Origin: Tubiluchus corallicola
Lineage: Eukaryota > Animalia > Priapulida
Assembly (NCBI GenBank): GCA_030141605.1
Contig: JAQGDQ010001342.1
Span: 1 to 46,055, forward strand
DNA length: 46,055 nucleotides
Direction of reading: 5' to 3'
The notes beneath the pieces are model-generated. The model had not been told where the DNA came from. It did not search any database and was given only the letters and a program-made list of their open reading frames with translations. The position numbers were made by a program, and so were the translations under genes. Of the stretch, positions 37,114 to 46,055 are shown piece after piece; positions within the stretch are counted from its first letter, which is position 1; every line of letters begins with the position of its first letter.

Positions 37114-39132
37114 ATGTTCAGCTCTAAAAAGCAACCATTGTTTTCCATTTTTTATATTCTATCATCGCAGCTAGTTTTCGGGGACGTGTACTTCCACAAC
37201 CCAAGAGGTTCAAACAATAGATTAAATGAAGAGTCTGCTGCCAGAACAAATGCTAATAGGGTTTTTGACTCGCAGAATAATAACCGTGGTGGATACAATA
37301 TCGGAGACGCTACGGACAAACCTGCAAAAAGTGACGAGTTGCTACAGTATCGAATGAAATTCTTCCAAAGCAGTTCTAGTTACGCGAAGAGTGGGGAGGG
37401 TCAGAGCAAACTTGTGCTGGAATGGACTAATCAACACGGGTGTGGTGGGGACGAAAATAACAGTCCTCACAAGCAGAACTGTAACATTGTGCTCCAATAC
37501 ATGTGCAGCGATGATGATGACGATTCTGCTAGTAATGTGGAACGGCTGCGAGACGGCACTAGTACGAAAACCCAAGATTTTACCAACTTAAAAAAAGCAG
37601 ACGAAACCTTGCAGGAAACTGAAGCTCGTAAGAATGGGAATATAAAGGATGATAGGGCTTACCATGAGCCCTGGGAATGGTATGACAAATGTCAAAACAG
37701 GGAGCGCAACAAGGGCCTGTTCACTGCTGATCAGAAACTTGCGACGAACAATGGTCTTGGATACAGTGCAGCGAAGTATACAAGGCAAAATCCTAATGGG
37801 AACCGACGGGGCTACGAGTGCCCCGAAGAGAGGGATTACTACCCTTACTGGCACCCGACGCCTTGGAAGGACATAGCTGTGTTAGTCGATAACGTTACCC
37901 TATGCACATACTTTACAGATGGCAGCTTTAATGTGGCACCCAGACACGAGTGTCTAGAGCTGTATGTGGGAACAAATACGGTGAGACATTGGTCAAGATG
38001 GAACAACAAAAAAGACTGCACTGAGAATGGTGGACAGTGGACCCCTTTTTACAATTACTTAGAAAAGGCCCCTAAATATACAAGCAAATCCAGTTGCGAA
38101 AGACAAACGAAGTCCACAGGATTTACTTATATTTGGGGCCGTCCTTTATGGGGCACTAAGGAAGAATGTCTGGTGGCATTAGATGCCCCTGAATGTAAAC
38201 CTGCCCCATGGACGCGGTCAAATCATTTGGGCAATACAAATGAGGGGACAGCCAGTAACTACACTTGGATCATTCCACATTTTCCATCTAACAGTATTAA
38301 ACAATGTATCCTACGTATCAGATATAATATTTCAACGGATGATTATGATCCGTTCAACACAGATTCCAGCAACAATCATGACGTGGCGAATGGCATCATG
38401 TCGCCGGTGCAACAAAATCCGCTGATAGATATCGGTGCAGAGAACACTCCCCTGCAGCTTGCCATCAACACGGCGCAATTCGGCAGAACCTTCCAGGACA
38501 GAACCCACGTCTTCGAGCTCCGCCCTCGTCCAGATGGATTAGAAAAAGAGACCATTCACAATTTGAACGTCAGAGGTAAGCGTGGCAATATAGTGCAGGT
38601 CTACCCGGCTGTCGAATACGACTTTATTCCGCCGGAACTTCACATGGGAACCACCGACCTGGTGCACGTGCAGTGGACGGGATCTAACTCGCATAAAAAT
38701 GGTTCTCCTGGAGGCGACGGACAGACGGGAGATGCCGGAGAGGGGAAGTCTGGCACCGACAGACACAACATTGTTCAGGTTAACAATTACATAGAGAACT
38801 TTCCAGTGCCGTATGAAAATACGACAATGTGGACCAATGCGGATGTTGTGTGGATTTATCACGGAGCAACTAAATTTGAACCAATTGACCTCGCATTAAA
38901 TATGGCTTCGTCCGGGAAGTACAGATGCTTTGAGGAGGATCGTTGTCCGGGTAAGAAACATGCTGACTACATCTACGGCAAAGGTTTGAGAATGAGTTCT
39001 ACGTTAGACGATGCACCAGCATCATATGAGGGTGCTCTCTTGCGCTTCAAAAAAGGTGCTTATTACTACATTTGCACCCGCAATAATAATTTTACAAACC
39101 GGAGTCAGAAGGGTGCTATTATTGTAAAGTAG
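37114..39132 (+). CDS. DD3-3: Protein DD3-3-like, secreted, 672 aa, intronless (right copy)
   Basis: Same motifs as the left copy. I counted 8 amino-acid differences and no indels. Confidence 0.92.
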   Translation: MFSSKKQPLFSIFYILSSQLVFGDVYFHNPRGSNNRLNEESAARTNANRVFDSQNNNRGGYNIGDATDKPAKSDELLQYRMKFFQSSSSYAKSGEGQSKLVLEWTNQHGCGGDENNSPHKQNCNIVLQYMCSDDDDDSASNVERLRDGTSTKTQDFTNLKKADETLQETEARKNGNIKDDRAYHEPWEWYDKCQNRERNKGLFTADQKLATNNGLGYSAAKYTRQNPNGNRRGYECPEERDYYPYWHPTPWKDIAVLVDNVTLCTYFTDGSFNVAPRHECLELYVGTNTVRHWSRWNNKKDCTENGGQWTPFYNYLEKAPKYTSKSSCERQTKSTGFTYIWGRPLWGTKEECLVALDAPECKPAPWTRSNHLGNTNEGTASNYTWIIPHFPSNSIKQCILRIRYNISTDDYDPFNTDSSNNHDVANGIMSPVQQNPLIDIGAENTPLQLAINTAQFGRTFQDRTHVFELRPRPDGLEKETIHNLNVRGKRGNIVQVYPAVEYDFIPPELHMGTTDLVHVQWTGSNSHKNGSPGGDGQTGDAGEGKSGTDRHNIVQVNNYIENFPVPYENTTMWTNADVVWIYHGATKFEPIDLALNMASSGKYRCFEEDRCPGKKHADYIYGKGLRMSSTLDDAPASYEGALLRFKKGAYYYICTRNNNFTNRSQKGAIIVK

Positions 39133-40803
39133 TTTGTAGCTTTTTTTACCAATTTTGTTGTATGAATGTTAGCCTCTTAAAATGCATTTAATTGTTGCAT
39201 TTTTGTCTACAGCAACGAAATATAAGTACTAAGCTAAACTGTACATTTTTAATTAAAGAATCCTAATTTTTGAGCGTTATTATAAATTTGGTTTTGATAT
39301 GATTCTGCCTCTATATTTTACTTAAAGTGAGATGTATTTTTATCACTATATACATTGTTATGCGTCTTAAGTAAGCACAATGTTACATGTTTATGTCTTT
39401 GACTTTTCAGATTTATAATTATGCCAGTCATGACATAGTTTTCTAAATCTAGTGGAGCAGTAAAATTTGGAAAATGTTTTTATACAATCTGATAGCTGAC
39501 TAGTGCTGTCCAGTAATAAAAAAAACAAAATTCATGTTTATTAGCTGAGATGGTACTATGTAATTACACGTATACGACTCGGCGTTTTTTAATAAAGCAC
39601 TCAAGTTTTCTTAGTCGGCAGTGGTAAAACTATTTCATTAGATGGCAGGACATGCACTAAAAACGTAAATTATTGTACGATGATTTTTAGCAGAAAGGAT
39701 GAAGCAGCATAAGAGCTCTTATTTGGGCTGCATCTGGCAATGCCACCTCTCAGCTATTCAGCTGCTACAAATTTGGGCAAAAGCTGCTTTGTTAATGAAT
39801 TTTTTTGTAATTAATGTAGTACAAGACTAATACAATAGTAACATTGTTTTGTACAAAATCAGGACTACCAGATCATCATTTTTTGCATAATTCATATTTT
39901 TCATTAATTTATTCACTGTTCAAATTTTCATATGTTAGTGTAGCAGAGAACTGTACGGTTATTATGAGGAAAGTACAATTTTAGTAATGAGCTGCGTGAT
40001 TCAGTTAATGCTGGGTTATTACACAGGTTTAATTACGTAATTACTGTACGTTATTGAGTTGCTTATATTTAACAATTTTTGATAATGATTTTCTCTGCTT
40101 TTCATCAACTGCCAAATGCTATTATTGTGATAAAAAAGGCGTATTTGGGACCAATGAATAACTTGTAAGTAATTGTGGGGAATTTTAGCAGATTCAGATA
40201 CCCTATTTTTGCTACTTTTGTGAAGGTAAGCTTTGGGACAAATGTGTTCCTTGGTCTTCATAGGGTTAATAATGCTGTGTATTTTTTATTAATTGGTCTA
40301 GTTTTTTATTATTAAAAATTATTTTCATTTCGTGATGGAATACAGGCAGCCTATTGGTAATTGCTTATTAAAAATTGTTCAAAGTAGATTTTTGTACGAA
40401 TGCCTTGAACTGTTCATGCCAAAAACACCATAACGTGTGCAGTTTTCTTAGACAAATCTTAACTGTGTGTGCCTTGAAGTACTGTTTTTATAAGCGAATC
40501 AGAAATTACCAGTATATGTGTGTTTTGAAGGTATGCTATGTTGTTTATGATACAAATAATACCAAAAATTGTTAGCTATAGTAGAAGATAATTGATGTTT
40601 CTTTCTTGCTGCATTGTTTTGACTGAACTAAGTAATTTTTTTATCATTTCTGTTTGTTTTAAACTAACTGGCTTGTTGTTTGTTTCCTTGTTTGTTGTTC
40701 AGTGTTTTCACTCAGTGTACAAATTAATGAGTCATGATTTGTACTAATTAATGCAGTGATTAATGGTAAACTAAAAAGTGTGTTCCACTATGATAAGCCT
40801 TAA

Positions 40804-41114
40804 TGACGCTTTCAGACTAGCAAGTTTTCTCACCATGTAAACCTGCTAAATAACTCATAAGCATTTTCAGACTAGAGTACCAAACTTGCTGTGAGTTACT
40901 CTCTGATAATAAGTGTGAGTTGTCACTCAATTCTTCAATGTGAGAAGCGTCGAGAGTAACTTGCTGCGGCGTTCACACTAGACAGTAACTCATAAAAAAT
41001 GAACTCGTAACAACTGTTGCAGAATTTGCATAAACTTGTCGACAGTAACTCGCAAAGCAGTTCACATTTGCCAGTTTGCTGTCAGAAAGAAAACTCGCTA
41101 GTCTAAATACGCCG
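40804..41114. mobile_element. PIF/Harbinger-like MITE (mirror)
   Basis: TAA|tgacgctttcagactag...ctagtctaaatacgccg|TAA. Confidence 0.7.
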
Positions 41115-42341
41115 TAATGATTTACATTTTTCCAGGAAATTGTCAAGAATATTTGTTTATTGTATTTAGAAGAATCTTGCATTCTGTTTTGTTTGATAAT
41201 CTTTTGATCATGATATAATCCACTACGAAATTGTTTTTTTTTAGTTCTTATTTTGTATTCATACTAAATTGCTCTTTAACCTGTCATGACCAGTTACCGC
41301 TTATCTTGAGTATAAGAATATTTCGTTTGTCCCTAGATATGCTTTTGTTAAGACATTTTAATTTTTGTCGTAGCATTTGTATGTGATTCGTATAGCATTT
41401 CATTCAAAAAAGAGAACCCTTGCAACTTTTGATTGGTAACCAGTGTGTAGAATAGTATGTGTATTACTTTGTATTGATGTAGTGCTTATTAGTCAATTTT
41501 TAATTTTCATGTATTTTAGCATGATAGAATGATTAGAATTATTGAATTATAAAGTAGGATCGAAAAAAATTAAATGGGAGGAAGTGTAATCTAAAGGTCA
41601 CTGGTTCAAAACCGGGCCATGTAATAACTTTGATAAGTTTCACTTTATAATTCGACGATTGTCTTTTCATTGCTTTGATATTAAGACTAGCAGTAGTTAA
41701 ATAATTTGTGCGTTTCGTAGAGTTTTTGCAACACACATTATGTAGAATGTAACTCAGTTTTAAATGCTTTTAATATAGAAATTAATATATGTTTGCCTTA
41801 GCTAGAAATTGGCTGGTCCAATGTTCTGTGTTTGCACATGTGTGACGTTTAAAGGAAAATATGGCCAATATGAAGTTATTTATGAGAATATTTAATCCTT
41901 TTTTAACTTAAAACAAGTTAATGATTTACTTTCTTAGGAAAGCTTCCATCTTCTGTGATTAATAAAATTAAAGTGATTGCACTAGAAAGATGTTCTTGAT
42001 TTAATTGTTTTTATTTTTAGTATTTAAACTATAACTTACATTAACTTACAACATGGATGCTGTAAATATAAATTTAAAATTAATCAAAAAATAGAATCTG
42101 AAAAATATTTTCACTGCTGGGGTTTGAACCATGATCTTCTTTATTCCAAGCAGCAGCTGCTGGTTTTTACATCACAGAGAAAACTCCATTTAACAGGCCG
42201 AGAATTTTTATCCGGTATTTAGTACAACTTATTAATATTAATTAATTCTATCAATATAAATCATCAAATAAAGCAATTTTCAAACTAGCAAAAATAAATT
42301 GGAAAGACTTTGTATCTCTGTCTATATAAAAACTCAGCTCT

Positions 42342-42344
<3 letters not shown>

Positions 42345-42426
<82 letters not shown>
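42345..42426. repeat. (CT)n microsatellite
   Basis: Direct reading. Confidence 0.97.
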
Positions 42427-42438
<12 letters not shown>

Positions 42439-44828
42439 TTTTTTCTCTCATCCTTCTGCTGTCTCTCTTTCTCCCCATCTCTCACTTTCTCACTCACACA
42501 CTCTTTCTCTGTCTCGTTCTCCCTCTCTCACTCACTTCAAAATAAAGATTTTGAATGAACGAAGCTCTCGTTCTTCCTTTTTCTTGTTCTCCCATTTACT
42601 TTTTTTACTCGGTTTTCCTTTCTTTTCTTTCTTCTACTCTCTCTCTTTTTTCTCTTTCTCTCTCTACATATACATACGTCCAGGGTGTCTCAAATTCACC
42701 GTTACGCCTTCGTCCAAGAGGTTTGTGCAAGAAATCCGCGTTATCCTCTTGCCCAGTTTCTCCTCTTTCGAAAGAACTCTAAAATTTCCGTCCGACAACC
42801 AGTTAAGCGCCACTAGGATGTTTTTTCCTGTAAACTGTTCCCATAGGAACGGTGCTGATGTAAACGTCATTGTCTTCACCAACGCCAACAGGTTTATCAC
42901 AATAATAGGTTCACAGTATTAACTGTATATGATTTAGAGGCCTATGTAGCCGACAGTTAATTATTATTATTGCTGTTACCTATTATAGTTGATTAAATAA
43001 GTGTTGAGTGTAAAAACTTGTGTTTATCAAGATTTAGCTAGATTGATGGACAAATAAAAAGTTGCGCAAAGTGGATTGAAAACGAACAGTAGAACGAAAG
43101 AGTTACTGACAATGTTAACAATGAATTACTTAAATTTTTGATTTGGTGAGCATGCATGTCAGTGTAGTATTCGGAGATGGCTTTATGGGTTCCAGATTTT
43201 CTTTTTAATCAGGTAGTTAAACAGTGTCAGTAGCTTTGGTGTTATGACAATTAAGAACCAGCAATTGTTAGTATCCATATATTTATCTAGCTAAGAAGTC
43301 ATAATATTAATGATAATAACAATAAAGATAACATCAACAACGACAATAATAATGTTATTATGTTAATGATAACAATAATAGTAACATCAACAAAAACAAT
43401 AGCAACAATAGTCACTAGACGTCTAACATATTGGTCTATCGCTCCGCCTCCGCTGCAACTTAAGCACACTTAGCGGCTTTCGGGACAACAGCTCACGCAG
43501 GACAACAACTGTCTTAGCTAAACTAAACTGAACTAAACAACATGACAGTCACAGCTAATGTCTAATCAGCAGATAAACTGATTGCACTTTTTCGTAAACA
43601 CAAATTTGCAGAGCAGCAGCTATTTTAAACGAAATTAACACTTCAAGTAGCCAAAAAATGACTTTTCAATTTAAACAGAATTTAGGGACGAAGTTTCAAA
43701 GCACTACAAAATACAGAGACATAAGTATAATAGAGAAATTAAGCCAGTTAGCTTTGCTTTACAATAAATTAGCAACAAAAATATTAAGTCTCTCTTGTCT
43801 TTGAACATGCGAACATCATTCAAGCCTGCGATTTATTTTCTATGTTTACTGATCATGTGCTCGTCTGCAAGATTCATTCAGTCTTTTTATGTTTCCGTTT
43901 GGCCTTCTACGGAAATGAAATAAATTTGATTGTTCCATTCCATAGGCGACCCCGCATTTTGAATGTCTGAGTCACGTAAGTCCCAATGGCATCTTTTAAC
44001 CATGACTATAACCAGAAAAATAGTGTAAGATTAGCTAATATTACATTGATGTATAATATAAGTTTTGACCACATTTGAGTTAATTTTGACTGTGAAGATC
44101 ACATTGAGGTTTATTAAAACTAGCCAGAAAAGAAAGCATTTTGTTTTGTCATTATTTAAAGGTAATCAAATAGTTGTTTTTAACTAACTTCTAAAGCCAT
44201 AAACTAAACTAAACTGCGTATTTTCTTGAATGCAAAATGGTTTAATCAGCAACTCGTAGACGTAAGGTTGTGCATTTCTTCCTATAAACGAAACTAGACT
44301 ATATATTTCCACTAATTCATTTGCAATTTCAATTGACGATAATAAAATCTAGATCCAGGCGAATATTTCTCCCACTAACTAATTAAAAGTTGAGCATTTT
44401 TCATAACAGGATTAGACGGAGCTGCAGCTAAATGTCCCCAACCTACCTGGGTTAATTAAGCTCTGCAGGGGTGCAAAATACCTTGCACGCTGATTGGGCA
44501 GTCAACGAAAATGACTGACGTTGGGATAGACGTCAAATATTGAGCTACATGCGTAATTCATGATCAGATATTACACGCTCTCACCGAAAATGCAATTTCA
44601 CATTAACTTGCTAGACAAAATGTATCATAGAATTTTATGTACCTTTTGAAATTTTTCAAATATTATGTCAGTTTGATAAAAATACGTGCAGAATTTCTAG
44701 GCTAATTAAATCAGAAAATAAACAATACAGACAGCAAGGTGTCACCGAAAATAAGTCAGCTTACATACAAAGCAAATGGTTTACACATAAACTGTAAAAA
44801 TGACAAAATATCTAACATCGATGCACAT

Positions 44829-45215
44829 TACGGTGAACATTCTCTACCAGGAAGCGAATTCGAACGAATCGAATCGAATTTGTGACCTTCGAACTCGAAT
44901 CGAGGTGAATTTCAGTATTTCAAATTTGTATCAAAGTCGAATTGGGCTTACATGATTTTCGAACAAGTTTTCGAACTATCAGTTAAAGCTGTCTTTCGAA
45001 GATCAGACATATTACCCCATTTTGTTCTGCAGTAAAAACGCTAACAATCTGTTTGAAAATTGTGCACAGAAATCACAGCTAAACTGTGTTGAGAAGATAA
45101 AGAACGTAAGTGGTTGACCTACTGAGTCATTCGAATTCATACTTAGCTTTGAATCGAATTCGAGCTATAAAAAAACTCTTTCGAATCAGATTGGAACGTT
45201 CGATGCTCACCCTTA
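44829..45215 (-). mobile_element. hAT-like MITE (mirror of 13744-14130)
   Basis: Reverse complement of 13744-14130, inside the apparently identical arm segment. Confidence 0.75.
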
Positions 45216-46055
45216 ATGCAGATTTGGCTAGCAATATTGATCTATTCCATTTATAAGGCAATTACAGACAGCAAAACTCAGTTGATGGTCACGCTTTTTA
45301 GTATAAATACAAGTGCCGATAGTGATGAAAGAATACTCCACACTAGAATCGATATGGGGCCTCAGTAAGATTCCAGACTAGTATGACTTGTGTCTGGAAA
45401 TAGTGCGTTTAGAAGTTTTATTTGTGTGATCGGCCTGAATTTATCTACCTGACTAACTCGCTGGCTTTTGAGAAATTTCATTTTCTACACAATATTCGTT
45501 AATTTTGTTACACTGAGTATTTTCACGTAAAAACAGCCAACAGATCTATTGAGAGATATTCTTAAGCTTTGTAATGATCATATTTTTGTGTCAAAATTCT
45601 ATGTGCACTGTCCTACTGTAGCTTTTAACATCACTCTGCCTGAACGGGCATTCTTAAAGTTGCCATTGGTATGGTGACTGAGCAATTTTTTGCCTGCCAT
45701 CTAGGGGCGAGTTAAAAAAACTGTGCAAGTGTGTAATTGCACTACCTGCAGCCGTATGGAGTTCTACACTCATTTGTCTAAGTAACTAATATTTGATCAT
45801 TATATTTTTTGGCTTAAAATAATTTGCTCACTTTGCAATTAAATAATTAAAATGCATACATATAATTTCACGTTTTCTAGCTACCAGGGCCTCAGAGCTC
45901 TATATAGCTTAAACCTCACCGGAATCTACATCTGGTAATGACTATCGCAAAATGTTTTGCTACCAGATCAACCAGTCACCTTGGTCAAAAATTGCTCAGT
46001 AATCTAGCAAATAGGGAGACCAAGTATGATTGCTAACCACACCTTCAAACCGCCC

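Larger units (their letters stand above)
31180..45975 (-). repeat. Right arm of large inverted repeat
   Basis: Reverse complement of the left arm. Confidence 0.97.

Overview
AT-rich, repeat-laden eukaryotic DNA that looks like invertebrate animal genome (GT-AG introns, LINE fragments, MITEs, microsatellites). No prokaryotic operons, rRNA or CRISPR are seen. The left part (1-13 kb) has the first exon of a secreted/membrane LRR-like gene (-) and a tandem array of intronless rhodopsin-class GPCRs (two intact, one 5' remnant) interrupted by LINE and solo-LTR insertions. The remainder is one ~33-kb palindrome, with arms ~12984-28107 and ~31180-45975 around a ~3-kb spacer. Each arm carries an intact intronless DD3-3-like gene facing outward and the first two coding exons of a CYP26/CYP120-like P450 facing inward. 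The arms are mostly diverged by substitutions and indels. However, the outer 2.86 kb and a 196-bp patch at the inner edge appear identical, which suggests arm-to-arm templated copying or a two-haplotype assembly artefact. The spacer holds a compact heat-shock-type promoter (three HSE arrays plus TATA) with no evident hsp ORF. All alignments were done by eye.
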